Assembly: GCA_964611035.1 (NCBI GenBank)
Contig: CAZSWT010000001.1
Coordinates: forward strand, 2,320 to 66,319
Direction of reading: 5' to 3'
Source of the DNA: an uncultured Desulfobacteraceae bacterium
Lineage (GTDB): Bacteria; Desulfobacterota; DSM-4660; Desulfatiglandales; B25-G16
DNA: 64,000 nt
Both the position numbers and the translations under genes were made by a program. This document shows, piece after piece, positions 8,582 through 18,392 of the stretch. The notes under the pieces were generated by a model. It ran no database searches, was not told where the DNA came from, and worked only from the letters and a program-made list of their open reading frames with translations. Each line of letters begins with the position of its first letter. Position 1 is the first letter of the stretch.

Positions 8582-9889
8582 CTATGTCCACAGGTGGGAA
8601 AGTTCTGGCGGGAGTATGGCTTGGTTTCCTTTCTCATCTTCTCCATAATTATACTGTGATAAAAGTTTTAAGTCATGAAGTGCTCTCTTGTCACCTTTGA
8701 AAAGTACTGTTTTATACCCTTTTCTGGCAATTAATCCTCCAGCCAAAGTGATACTCAATAGACTACTCGCATCATATTCCGCACCATCGACAACTAAAGT
8801 AAGTTTAGTTCCATAATATGCTGCGAGGCGTGCAACGAGAGTAGCCGGCCTTAAATGGAAACCGAGATTTTCCGGAACCTTTAACTCACAGGTATCCATT
8901 TCAATATATTCCCCAAGGATGTCATTTGATAAATTTCTACCTGTGTGTAAATATCTACAGGTGTAAGACATCACAAAATTCATCATAATATCCAATATGT
9001 CAGAGGCATTGACAATTGCTGATATCTCACGACTGGCACTGCCATATCTGGTTGTATTGATATGCCTCTGGTATAAATGAGAAAGCCAGTTGACCACACT
9101 CAGGAGATGTAAAGGCATAGAAATATAGCCTCTAAACCTTTTTAACCTTTTATCCTCCGATTCTAACGGGGTGTGTCTGATATAATGGTCATAGGTAGAC
9201 TGGAGGTTATGTATAAGAAATATAAGTTCTCTCGATTTTTCCTCATTTACTTTATTGGGTATGGCATCTTTAAGATCATCTACGTTACTTTTTCCACTAT
9301 TCCAGCCAAAACTGTTAAATTTTTCAACCACATTGAGGTACTGGGTTGCCATCTTGGCCACTATTTTTTTGGCATCCAATTCATCTTCCTCATCAATGGT
9401 ATAAGGGAGGCGTTTTTGGAGAGAAATTTCTGTGAAACGACCTTCAGTCACGCTAGCCTTGGGACGTTTAATACCCAACCGTAATGACTCATTTTTAACC
9501 TCTTCGTAGAGCGAAAGTATGGTTTCTTCGAGGAATGTCACCATATTGTGGGCTTCTGCAAAAAATGTTTCGTCTTCATCATCGTTGAGGTCATATGAAG
9601 GGTACCTATTAAGCACATGTTTTAAAATAAAGGCAATCTTTGCAAAGTTCCTGATGCATGCGACAAGTTCACAGAAAAAATACCAGGTTTTATTGTCCCG
9701 TGCGCAGTGGTCGTCCAGAAAACTCTCCAATTCCTCAGATTCCTCAATCAAATGGGCATAAAACTTTCTGGCATAGGGCCTATCTTCTCTGCGAAGAAAG
9801 TTATAGATCTTGAGGAAATTTTGAGAATATTCCTGAGCGAGCTTGAGGAATTCACCTTCTGTAATGACCCTTGTTAAAGATTTTTTCAT
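8582..9889 (-). CDS. Large protein with C-terminal HPr phosphocarrier domain
   Basis: GFHLRPA (His15 equivalent) and DASSLL (Ser46 equivalent) in the last ~100 aa; ~330-aa helical N-terminus of unknown function. Confidence 0.85.
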   Translation of the reverse strand: MKKSLTRVITEGEFLKLAQEYSQNFLKIYNFLRREDRPYARKFYAHLIEESEELESFLDDHCARDNKTWYFFCELVACIRNFAKIAFILKHVLNRYPSYDLNDDEDETFFAEAHNMVTFLEETILSLYEEVKNESLRLGIKRPKASVTEGRFTEISLQKRLPYTIDEEDELDAKKIVAKMATQYLNVVEKFNSFGWNSGKSNVDDLKDAIPNKVNEEKSRELIFLIHNLQSTYDHYIRHTPLESEDKRLKRFRGYISMPLHLLSVVNWLSHLYQRHINTTRYGSASREISAIVNASDILDIMMNFVMSYTCRYLHTGRNLSNDILGEYIEMDTCELKVPENLGFHLRPATLVARLAAYYGTKLTLVVDGAEYDASSLLSITLAGGLIARKGYKTVLFKGDKRALHDLKLLSQYNYGEDEKGNQAILPPELSHLWT

Positions 9890-10132
9890 AGAGAGATTCC
9901 CTTCAAATAAATGTCATACTAGTTATTTTTATCACAATCAGCACTCCTAAGAAACTAAATTTAAAATTAGCAATTAAAATAGTCGCTTATGAAACTCTTA
10001 TGTAACTTATAAGTTTCTCCCATTTATAACATTGAAGCGAAGCGTCGGGGTCATTTGCAGAGAAGGAACATTTTTGTCGAACGTATATAATATTTTACGA
10101 TACCTATACGCCTATTTTTGCTACACATGGAC

Positions 10133-10167
10133 AAAAAAATAGCCCCGATTTATCAACTCGGGGCTAT
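10133..10167 (-). terminator. Intrinsic terminator
   Basis: Perfect 10-bp stem 10139-10148 / 10158-10167 followed by six T on the minus strand. Confidence 0.8.
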
Positions 10168-10270
10168 AAAGGGTGTCCGGCGATGCCGTTACTTAATTTA
10201 TTTTCCTCTTTTCTCCTAATTCTTTTCTAGGAAAAAAATAATGTAAGTAGTAGACGAACACCCCAGACAT
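10133..10270 (-). ncRNA. Candidate sigma54-dependent small RNA or leader (about 138 nt)
   Basis: Bounded by a -24/-12 promoter and a terminator; ends pair (10255-10263 with 10171-10179); no RBS-led ORF. Confidence 0.5.
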
Positions 10271-10280
10271 TTTTATAGGC

Positions 10281-10297
10281 AGCAACTATTATGCCAA
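10281..10297 (-). promoter_or_regulatory. Sigma54 (-24/-12) promoter
   Basis: TTGGCATAATAGTTGCT with exact GG-N10-GC spacing; dyad TGTGT-N8-ACACA at 10367-10384 upstream as a possible enhancer. Confidence 0.7.
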
Positions 10298-10447
10298 TAA
10301 TTGTTGAGCATATTTATCATATAATTACAGCATGTTATATGAATCTTTAATAATTTTAATTTAATTTGTGTTAATTTTGACACAACCAAAAGTGAAATTT
10401 AAACACAGTTTTTTTACATGCATTTTTGTTATCTACTCAGGTATCTT

Positions 10448-10607
10448 GCCACAAAGGCACCAAGACACCAAGACTATAGAATTATTTTTTATTATAGCCT
10501 TTTCAATCCCGATAAATCGGGATTGAAATTAATGAGAAATCTCCGTTATTCAATTTATATTTAGCTTCTCTTTGGGTCTTTGTGCCTTGGTGGCTGAATA
10601 GTTACCA
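10448..10607. repeat. CACCAAG/CACAAAG-family inverted-repeat element with central CCCGAT palindrome
   Basis: Left GCCACAAAGGCACCAAGACACCAAG, right CTTTGGGTCTTTGTGCCTTGGTGGCTGAATAGTTAC; perfect 13-bp stem 10501-10513 / 10516-10528 inside. Confidence 0.75.
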
Positions 10608-10762
10608 TTTTTGAATAATGAAAGAAATCACTATCAAGTTGACTCACTGGGAGTGAAATGGTACATGATACTCAAAGATAATTATAGTCGACTATGTATT
10701 TGATAACTACCTAAAAATCTTACGATTTTTGGCTATGCTGTAAAATAAAAACACAAAAGATT

Positions 10763-11218
10763 GTGGACCTTCATTACTTTATGCGAGAGGCTATTAGAGA
10801 GGCCAACGAAGGGTGGCACAATGGCGAGGTTCCAGTAGGTGCACTTTTAATCAGCCAATCCGATGAAATTTTAGCCAGAGACCATAATAGATGTATTTCC
10901 CTTAATGATCCTACCGCGCACGCTGAAATACTGGTTATCAGACAGGCAGCACAAAAACTTAAAAATTATCGATTGAATGGAGTGACAATGGTTGTTACTA
11001 TTGAGCCATGCCCAATGTGTATGGGAGCTATTATGAATGCCAGATTGGATACCCTCGTTTTTGGGGCATTTGATCCAAAATACGGAGCTGCGGGCTCGGT
11101 TTACAATCTGCCTGATGATGAAAGACTTAATCACAGAATAACCATAATCTCTCGCATAATGGAACAAGAGTGTCGAGACCTTATGCAGGGTTTTTTTCGA
11201 GAAAGAAGGCACGAATAG
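10763..11218 (+). CDS. tadA: tRNA adenosine(34) deaminase
   Basis: EVPVGA, DPTAHAE, EPCPMC, FGAFDPK; GTG start. Confidence 0.95.
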   Translation: MDLHYFMREAIREANEGWHNGEVPVGALLISQSDEILARDHNRCISLNDPTAHAEILVIRQAAQKLKNYRLNGVTMVVTIEPCPMCMGAIMNARLDTLVFGAFDPKYGAAGSVYNLPDDERLNHRITIISRIMEQECRDLMQGFFRERRHE

Positions 11219-11313
11219 GAGAGGTACCGAAGTGGTCGTAACGGGGTCGACTCGAAATCGATTTGTCTCGTTAAGAGCGGGGCACGTGGGTTCGAATCCC
11301 ACCCTCTCCGCCA
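11218..11313 (+). tRNA. tRNA-Ser (CGA)
   Basis: GGAGAGG…CCTCTCCGCCA acceptor stem, long variable arm, GTCGA-CT-CGA-AA-TCGAT anticodon arm. Confidence 0.96.
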
Positions 11314-11477
11314 AGAAATGGAATCCCGATGTATCGGGATTACATTTCACAATTAGCTTATGGCTGTAGACCTTTTGGAATAATTAAATACAACTACAGA
11401 TTCCAATTTCTAAAAAGAAAAAATAATGCTATATGCCAAAGCAAAAGGCCAAAAGTATTTCGCTTTAGCGAAATCAT

Positions 11478-11571
<94 letters not shown>

Positions 11572-11659
11572 TATATACCGTTAACATCCTCCATAAGCCA
11601 AGATCTTAAAATTTATGTCAAATTTTATCTCATTGTTTTTTTTGAGAGCAAGTAGTTTC

Positions 11660-11718
11660 TTGAGTTTGTTGAGTTTGTTGTGTTAAAACCCTATGAACCA
11701 AACGAACGCAAAAAACAC
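11660..11718. repeat. 9-bp periodic inverted-repeat element
   Basis: TTGAGTTTG x2 + TTGTGTT, then AACCAAACG-AACGCAAAA-AACAC. Confidence 0.65.
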
Positions 11719-11727
11719 TGATAATTC

Positions 11728-13302
11728 ATGATGTCATACAAAGTTTTTGCAAGAAAATGGAGACCTCAGGTATTTGAAGAGGTTATAGGTCAGGAACACA
11801 TCACAGAGACCCTCAAGAATGCTTTGCTATCTGATAGATTAGCTCATGCCTATCTATTCAGCGGTACACGGGGTGTAGGGAAAACATCTGTTGCCCGAAT
11901 TTTTGCAAAGGCCCTTAATTGCCAAGACAGGCAGGAGGGAAATCCCTGCAACAAATGCAATAAATGCATTGAGATAACTAATGGTTCGTCTGTTGACGTA
12001 CAGGAGATTGATGGTGCATCGAACAGGGGAATCGATGAAATACGGAATCTTCGAGAAAATATACGGTATCTCCCTTCAAGCGGCACATATAGAATATATA
12101 TCATAGATGAGGTTCACATGCTGACGCTTCCTGCATTTAATGCATTGCTAAAAACCCTGGAAGAACCACCAGAGCATGTAAAATTCATTTTTGCTACCAC
12201 AGAGGCCCATAAGGTACCAGTGACCATACTATCACGATGTCAAAGGTTTGATTTTAAAAGGATACCCATAGCAAAAATAGAGGAGCAGATTAAAAAAATA
12301 GTTCAAAAAGAAGGAATAACGATAAGCGATTCCAGTATTGCTATTATATCAAAAGAGGCTGAGGGGAGTATGCGAGATGCAGAAAGTCTCCTCGATCAGG
12401 TTGTCTCCTTTGCAGGAAACAACGTCAAAGATGAGCAGATAATGGAAGTCTTAGGAATAATAGATAGAGCTCTTATCTATAAGACTTCTCAGGCGATAAT
12501 CGATGGCAATAGCACAGTATGTCTGGATATAATTAATGAAATATATAATTACGGCTACGAGGTTAAAGAATTTTACAAAGAGATAATGGTACAATTTCGA
12601 AATTTAATCGTCGCCCTCGTATCTCACAACACCTCTCACACATTGGATTTACCTGATAACGAGTTACAAGAAATAAAAAAGCAGGCAAAAGAGGCAAGTC
12701 TGGAAAGGCTTCTTCAATCACTAAACTTTCTGATTAATAGGGAAGCAGATCTTCGCTATACAAATAACCCCAGGATTGCGCTGGAGGCAATTTTACTGAA
12801 ACTTGCAGGACTTAAAGAATATATTTCATTTGATGAGTTACTGCGCAAAATAGAAGAAATTGAAAAACGACTCAATACATCTCGGAGAATAGCGCTAGAT
12901 AAACAACCGGAACCGACTGTAATCAAAGAAAAATATCCGGCAAAAAAACCAGCTCCAGACGATGGTAAGAAATGGAGCGAGTTTTTACGTTATATTACTA
13001 CTAAAAATAAGGCGATGGCAAATGTACTAAAGAAATGGAAGTCGTACACTCTTTATGCAGACAGCCTGGAATTACCTAACGGAGAAGGATCATTTACAGG
13101 AGATTATTTTAATGACTCCGAGCACTCCGATAAGTTAATTGCGTATGCAAGGGATTTCTTTCATCCAGACTTTACGGTTTTATTTACAAAGCAAAATCAG
13201 CCTAAAAAAGATGAAAAAAAAGGCTCAAAGGAAGATAGCTTGCCGAGAACGGTAAATGATATACTTGATATATTTGAAGACTCGATAGTTAAAGAAAGTT
13301 AA
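11728..13302 (+). CDS. dnaX: DNA polymerase III subunit gamma/tau
   Basis: ARKWRPQ, GTRGVGKT Walker A, CNKCNKC zinc site, IDEVHML, SRCQ. Confidence 0.97.
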   Translation: MMSYKVFARKWRPQVFEEVIGQEHITETLKNALLSDRLAHAYLFSGTRGVGKTSVARIFAKALNCQDRQEGNPCNKCNKCIEITNGSSVDVQEIDGASNRGIDEIRNLRENIRYLPSSGTYRIYIIDEVHMLTLPAFNALLKTLEEPPEHVKFIFATTEAHKVPVTILSRCQRFDFKRIPIAKIEEQIKKIVQKEGITISDSSIAIISKEAEGSMRDAESLLDQVVSFAGNNVKDEQIMEVLGIIDRALIYKTSQAIIDGNSTVCLDIINEIYNYGYEVKEFYKEIMVQFRNLIVALVSHNTSHTLDLPDNELQEIKKQAKEASLERLLQSLNFLINREADLRYTNNPRIALEAILLKLAGLKEYISFDELLRKIEEIEKRLNTSRRIALDKQPEPTVIKEKYPAKKPAPDDGKKWSEFLRYITTKNKAMANVLKKWKSYTLYADSLELPNGEGSFTGDYFNDSEHSDKLIAYARDFFHPDFTVLFTKQNQPKKDEKKGSKEDSLPRTVNDILDIFEDSIVKES

Positions 13303-13317
13303 AAGGTATAAGTTAGA

Positions 13318-13378
13318 AGTGAGCTAAAGTTTAAAGAATTTGCTTTTTTAACTTTAGGCACTTGCAATTTTAGGCACT
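13318..13378. repeat. AGCTAAAGT / ACTTTAGGCACT family inverted-repeat element
   Basis: AGTGAGCTAAAGTT (13318-13331) pairs with AACTTTAGGCACT (13350-13362); partial second copy 13366-13378; same family at 24.33 and 24.78 kb. Confidence 0.65.
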
Positions 13379-13382
13379 AACA

Positions 13383-14636
13383 ATGAACCACTTTATGTAT
13401 AAAAACGATGATCTTTTTTGTGAGGATGTACCAATAACAGATATTGTTGAGAAGGTTGGAACACCTTTCTATTGTTACTCCCATGCTACAATAACCAGGC
13501 ATTTCAGGGTTTTTACAGATGCTTTTAAAGACTTAGACCACCTCACCTGCTTTTCTGTAAAATCCAACTCTAATCTTGCGATACTAAAAATTTTTGCCTC
13601 ACACGGGGGAGGAGCAGATATTGTTTCAGGCGGGGAACTCTTTCGAGCTCTGAAAGCAGGGATTGCGCCTGATAAAATCGTATATTCCGGCGTTGGAAAA
13701 ACACCAGAAGAAATGAAATTCGCACTTACATCAAATATTTGTATGTTTAATGTAGAGTCAGAGCAGGAATTGCAGGTCTTAAACTCAGTAGCTGGCACTA
13801 TGGGCCGTAAGGCAACAGTAGCAATACGCATAAATCCTGAAGTGGAAGCACACACACACCCGTATATTGTGACTGGACATAGTGAAAATAAGTTTGGCAT
13901 ATCGCTCGAGGATGCCTTACAAACCTATGAATCAGCCAGGCAGCTGAAAAACATCGATGTAAAAGGAATATCATGCCATATAGGAAGCCAACTTACCGAT
14001 ATTGATCCCTTCTTAGATGCCTTACGAAAATTAAAAGACATTTTACAAGAACTAAAAAAAATGGCATTCGATATTCAATTCCTTAACCTGGGAGGCGGCC
14101 TTGGAATCACCTATGACGATGAAAAACCACCTCATCCTTTAGAATATGCAATGGCATTAAAGAAAATACTCGGGAACAATGGTATTACCCTTATCCTTGA
14201 GCCTGGCAGGGTTATTATTGGTAATGCTGGAATTCTGATCACACGAGTACTCTATACCAAATCAACAAAAAATAAGAGATTTGTTATTGTAGATGCTGGG
14301 ATGAATGACTTAATCAGACCTACCCTTTATAATTCGTTTCATGCAATTCAGCCGGTAAAAATAATCCACTCGGAAATGGTAGTCGCTGATTTAGTAGGTC
14401 CTGTGTGTGAAACCGGGGACTTCTTTGCGAAAGATAGGAAAATGCCAGCATTTCAATCCGGAGATTTAGTAGCTATAATGAGTGCAGGGGCCTACAGTTT
14501 TTCAATGGCCTCAAACTACAATTCTCGTCCCAGGCCTGCAGAGGTAATGGTGAAAGGAAAGCTCTTCTCCATAATTAGATCAAGAGAAACATACGATGAT
14601 CTTATTCATGGAGAGGTGATTCCCGAATTTCTTTGA
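13383..14636 (+). CDS. lysA: Diaminopimelate decarboxylase
   Basis: FSVKSN (PLP lysine), HIGSQ, LGGGLG, EPGR, GPVCETGD, GAY. Confidence 0.97.
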   Translation: MNHFMYKNDDLFCEDVPITDIVEKVGTPFYCYSHATITRHFRVFTDAFKDLDHLTCFSVKSNSNLAILKIFASHGGGADIVSGGELFRALKAGIAPDKIVYSGVGKTPEEMKFALTSNICMFNVESEQELQVLNSVAGTMGRKATVAIRINPEVEAHTHPYIVTGHSENKFGISLEDALQTYESARQLKNIDVKGISCHIGSQLTDIDPFLDALRKLKDILQELKKMAFDIQFLNLGGGLGITYDDEKPPHPLEYAMALKKILGNNGITLILEPGRVIIGNAGILITRVLYTKSTKNKRFVIVDAGMNDLIRPTLYNSFHAIQPVKIIHSEMVVADLVGPVCETGDFFAKDRKMPAFQSGDLVAIMSAGAYSFSMASNYNSRPRPAEVMVKGKLFSIIRSRETYDDLIHGEVIPEFL

Positions 14637-14669
14637 AAAAATATTTTAATTTTGAAATAGGAGAAAAAA

Positions 14670-15488
14670 ATGATAAAGGCTGTTGTTGCCGGCGCTGCTG
14701 GTAGGATGGGCGGAAGAATTATCCATATGATTCAACAGAGCGAAGAAATAACCTTAACAGGTTCCTTTGAAAGACCAGATCACCCTGCAATCGGCCAGGA
14801 CGTGGGGGAGATTGTTGGTCTCGGTAAGATAGGCATTGACCTTGCGACTGATATCAGCGGCGCAATGAAAAATGGGGATGTGTTGATTGATTTTACTACC
14901 CCAGAAAGCACCTTGCATAATATCCGCTTTATTGCCGAGACAGGTCAGGCAATGGTGATTGGCACTACGGGTATTACAGGCGAAGATGAAAAAGATCTAA
15001 AACTCCTTGCACAAAAAATACGATGTGTCAGGGCCCCGAATATGAGTGTTGGGGTAAATGTATTATTCAAAGTAGTGGAAGATCTATCTATAATTCTTGG
15101 AAAAGACTGTGATATGGAGATAGTTGAAGCCCATCACAGGCTAAAAAAAGATGCCCCAAGCGGCACAGCAATGCATCTTGCTCAAATCCTGGCTGATTCG
15201 ACCGAAAGAAACCTCGAGGCAAACGCTGTCTATGGAAGAAAAGGATTTATTGGTGTCAGGACAGCCGAAGAGATTGGCATTCAATCCATAAGGGCTGGCG
15301 ATATAGTAGGTGAGCATACGGTGATGTTTGCCGGAACAGGAGAAAGAATTGAGATTACTCATAGGGCACATAGCAGGGATAATTTTGCCAATGGCGCATT
15401 GCTTGCAGCGACATGGGTTGTTAAACAACCGAATGGCCTTTATGATATGCAAGATGTGCTGGGATTGAGAGAGAGGAAAAATGTTTAA
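14670..15488 (+). CDS. dapB: 4-hydroxy-tetrahydrodipicolinate reductase
   Basis: GAAGRMG, DFT, GTTG, EAHHRLKKDAPSGTA. Confidence 0.97.
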   Translation: MIKAVVAGAAGRMGGRIIHMIQQSEEITLTGSFERPDHPAIGQDVGEIVGLGKIGIDLATDISGAMKNGDVLIDFTTPESTLHNIRFIAETGQAMVIGTTGITGEDEKDLKLLAQKIRCVRAPNMSVGVNVLFKVVEDLSIILGKDCDMEIVEAHHRLKKDAPSGTAMHLAQILADSTERNLEANAVYGRKGFIGVRTAEEIGIQSIRAGDIVGEHTVMFAGTGERIEITHRAHSRDNFANGALLAATWVVKQPNGLYDMQDVLGLRERKNV

Positions 15489-16644
15489 ACTCGCTGAAAG
15501 AATTAAACAGTTACCTCCGTACCTATTCAAAGAGATTGACCAAAAAAAGAAAGAGATAGCGGCAAAGGGATTGGATATCATCGACCTTGGTATAGGTGAC
15601 CCTGACCTCCCTACCCCACCTAACATTATAGAGGCAATGGTACAGGCCGTACGAGAGCCTGCCAACCATCATTACCCCCCATATTCTGGAATGCAAGATT
15701 TTAAGATCGCCATTGCCAAATGGTACGAAGAGAGATTCTCAGTCAAACTTGATCCTGCAAATGAGGTAATTGCCCTGATTGGGGCAAAAGAAGGGATAGC
15801 CAACTTTTCCCTGGCATTTCTAAACCCAGGTGATTGTGCTCTCATTCCTTCTCCTGCGTATCCAGTGTATAATAGTGGTACCCATTTTGCGGGCGGCAGG
15901 CCCTATGTGTTACCCCTTTATCAAGAAAATAATTTCCTACCGGATCTTGCCTCTATTCCAGAAGAAATCGCTCACACGGCCACAATATTATGGCTCAACT
16001 ACCCCAACAACCCAACAGCAGCCGTGGCTGATATGCATTTCTTTGAAGAGGTGGTCACATTTGCACACACCTATCACATAATGGTATGTCACGATCTTAC
16101 CTATAGCGAAATCGCCTTTGATGGATACAAACCTATGAGCCTCCTTGAAATCAAGGGAGCGAAAGATATAGGAATAGAATTTCATTCCTTATCAAAAACG
16201 TTCAACATGACTGGATGGCGGATCGGATTTGCCGTGGGAAACAGTGAGGCCATTAAGGGATTAGGTGCAATTAAAAGCAATATCGATTCAGGTATTTTTC
16301 AGGCTATTCAGTTAGCTGGCGTAGAGGCCCTGAGGGCAGTTGAGGAAAGTAGTGTAGCTATACGAAAAATTTATACCAGGAGGAGAGATATTGTGGTGAA
16401 CGGGCTGAGGGACTGCGGTTTCACAGTAAATCCACCCAAAGCCACATTTTATCTCTGGGTTGCAGTTCCTGATTCCTATACGTCGGTGGATTTCACCACG
16501 AGGCTCTTAGAGGAGGCTGGCGTTGTAGTAACGCCAGGTAATGGATTTGGTGATCATGGCGAAGGCTATATAAGGCTGGCATTGACAAAGGATGAGAGTC
16601 GTCTTGTAGAGGCAATAGAGAGGATAAAAAATATCGGCATATAA
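15481..16644 (+). CDS. dapL: LL-diaminopimelate aminotransferase (class I/II PLP)
   Basis: LGIGDPD, NYPNNPT, SLSKTFNMTGWRIG, NIDSG; lies between dapB and folK. Confidence 0.85.
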   Translation: MFKLAERIKQLPPYLFKEIDQKKKEIAAKGLDIIDLGIGDPDLPTPPNIIEAMVQAVREPANHHYPPYSGMQDFKIAIAKWYEERFSVKLDPANEVIALIGAKEGIANFSLAFLNPGDCALIPSPAYPVYNSGTHFAGGRPYVLPLYQENNFLPDLASIPEEIAHTATILWLNYPNNPTAAVADMHFFEEVVTFAHTYHIMVCHDLTYSEIAFDGYKPMSLLEIKGAKDIGIEFHSLSKTFNMTGWRIGFAVGNSEAIKGLGAIKSNIDSGIFQAIQLAGVEALRAVEESSVAIRKIYTRRRDIVVNGLRDCGFTVNPPKATFYLWVAVPDSYTSVDFTTRLLEEAGVVVTPGNGFGDHGEGYIRLALTKDESRLVEAIERIKNIGI

Positions 16645-17154
16645 TTGAAACGTACTATCGCATATATAGGGATAGGATCAAACCTGGGAAATAAATCTTT
16701 TAATTGTCGATACTCTATTGACCAGATAGACACATTACCGGGCTGTCATGTGATTGCTCGCTCAACACTATTTAAAACAGAGCCAGAGGGTGTTATCGGA
16801 CAGCCCTGGTATGTAAATTGTATTGCTCAGATTGCAGTGACGAAAAGCCCATTCGAACTATTAAAGGGACTTATGAATATAGAATCTGCGATGGGCAGAG
16901 TAAGGAGGAAACGGTGGGAGGCCAGAATAATTGACCTCGACATACTTCTGTTTGGTCAGGAGATACGAGAATCTCATAATCTGATTATCCCCCATCCATT
17001 GATGCACAAAAGGCGGTTTGTATTAGAACCTTTCGCTCAATTGGCGCCTGACCTTGTGCATCCTGTTTTTAAATTAACCATACGAGAGCTTTTAAATGAA
17101 CTCCCAATCCCGCCATACAGTGGGACTGTTGAAATCCTAAAGGAGGAAACATGA
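16645..17154 (+). CDS. folK: 2-amino-4-hydroxy-6-hydroxymethyldihydropteridine diphosphokinase
   Basis: [22 protein letters not shown]…RRFVLEP; TTG start directly after dapL. Confidence 0.95.
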   Translation: MKRTIAYIGIGSNLGNKSFNCRYSIDQIDTLPGCHVIARSTLFKTEPEGVIGQPWYVNCIAQIAVTKSPFELLKGLMNIESAMGRVRRKRWEARIIDLDILLFGQEIRESHNLIIPHPLMHKRRFVLEPFAQLAPDLVHPVFKLTIRELLNELPIPPYSGTVEILKEET

Positions 17155-17792
17155 AATTTTTTATTGACACAGCAAATATCGCCGAAATTACAAAGGCCAA
17201 TGAATTGGGTGTGTTAGATGGTGTCACAACAAATCCCACACTGGTAGCAAAAGAGGGAAGAAAATTTGAAGAATTAATTAAAGAAATTTGTCACATAGTA
17301 AATGGCCCAGTAAGTGCTGAAGTAGTAAACATTGAAGCAGAGGGTATGGTTAAGGAGGCACAACACCTGGCAACACTTGCCGATAATATCGTGGTTAAAA
17401 TTCCTATGATAACTGAAGGGATTAAGGCCACGAAGATACTATCAAAAGAACATATTGCGACGAATGTAACCCTGGTATTTTCACCATTGCAGGCGCTGAT
17501 AGCAGCCAAGGCAGGTGCGAGCTATGTGAGCCCCTTTATTGGCAGACTGGATGATATAAGTAGCGTTGGCATGGAAATAGTAGAGAATATAGTAACCATA
17601 TATGACAATTATGGATTTGAAACTGAGGTTATTGTCGCAAGCATCCGCAATCCTGTCCATGTATTAGATGCAGCCTTGATTGGTGCCCATATTGCTACAA
17701 TCCCCTTCAAAGTACTCTCCCAATTAACCGAACACCCTCTCACCAAGATCGGATTAGAGAGATTTTTAGCGGATTGGAAAAAAATGGGGTAA
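17151..17792 (+). CDS. Transaldolase / fructose-6-phosphate aldolase family
   Basis: [37 protein letters not shown]. Confidence 0.93.
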   Translation: MKFFIDTANIAEITKANELGVLDGVTTNPTLVAKEGRKFEELIKEICHIVNGPVSAEVVNIEAEGMVKEAQHLATLADNIVVKIPMITEGIKATKILSKEHIATNVTLVFSPLQALIAAKAGASYVSPFIGRLDDISSVGMEIVENIVTIYDNYGFETEVIVASIRNPVHVLDAALIGAHIATIPFKVLSQLTEHPLTKIGLERFLADWKKMG

Positions 17793-17796
17793 ATAA

Positions 17797-18387
17797 ATGT
17801 CTTTTTCCATGTTGTTCCCCTATGGTATCCTTATAACTATACTTTTTTCACTTTTTTTTTCTTTCATATCTGTGCATGCCGATATTTATCGATTTAAGGA
17901 TGAAAACGGGGTCTGGCATTTCACCAACATTCGATCAGACAGGCGCTATCGCCTTTATATAAAGACAGGAAGAGTAAAGGGAAAACAGTATATTAGAGAT
18001 TATGACACTATAATTCAAAGGGCAGCACAACAATTTGGTGTGGAGCGACATCTTATAAAGTCTATTATTATGGCAGAATCATCTTTCGATCCCAATGCAA
18101 TCTCTAAAAGCGGTGCTCAGGGCCTGATGCAACTGATGCCACCCACTGCAAACGATATGGAGGTACATAATCCTTTTGACCCAGAAGAAAATATTTTTGG
18201 CGGTACAAAATATCTTAGCTTACTCCTTAAAAAGTTTAACCAGGATAAAAAATTAGCGATAGCTGCCTATAATATTGGTCCTTCGGTTGTGGCTAACCAG
18301 AATTCTGTCCCTCTTATATCTCAGACCAGGCGCTTCGTTGAAAAGGTTATGAAATATTATAGTGAATTTAAAAAACAGGGGGACTAA
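17797..18387 (+). CDS. SLT-family lytic transglycosylase with N-terminal small domain
   Basis: AESSFDPNAISKSGAQGLMQLMP, AAYN; signal peptide and IYRFKDENGVWHFTN. Confidence 0.9.
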   Translation: MSFSMLFPYGILITILFSLFFSFISVHADIYRFKDENGVWHFTNIRSDRRYRLYIKTGRVKGKQYIRDYDTIIQRAAQQFGVERHLIKSIIMAESSFDPNAISKSGAQGLMQLMPPTANDMEVHNPFDPEENIFGGTKYLSLLLKKFNQDKKLAIAAYNIGPSVVANQNSVPLISQTRRFVEKVMKYYSEFKKQGD

Positions 18388-18392
18388 AACCT

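Noticed and set aside
11572-11727. SRP RNA (ffs), often found between tRNA-Ser and dnaX
   Set aside because: No GGAA tetraloop / CAGG…AGCAG domain IV signature; the spacer holds a 9-mer repeat instead
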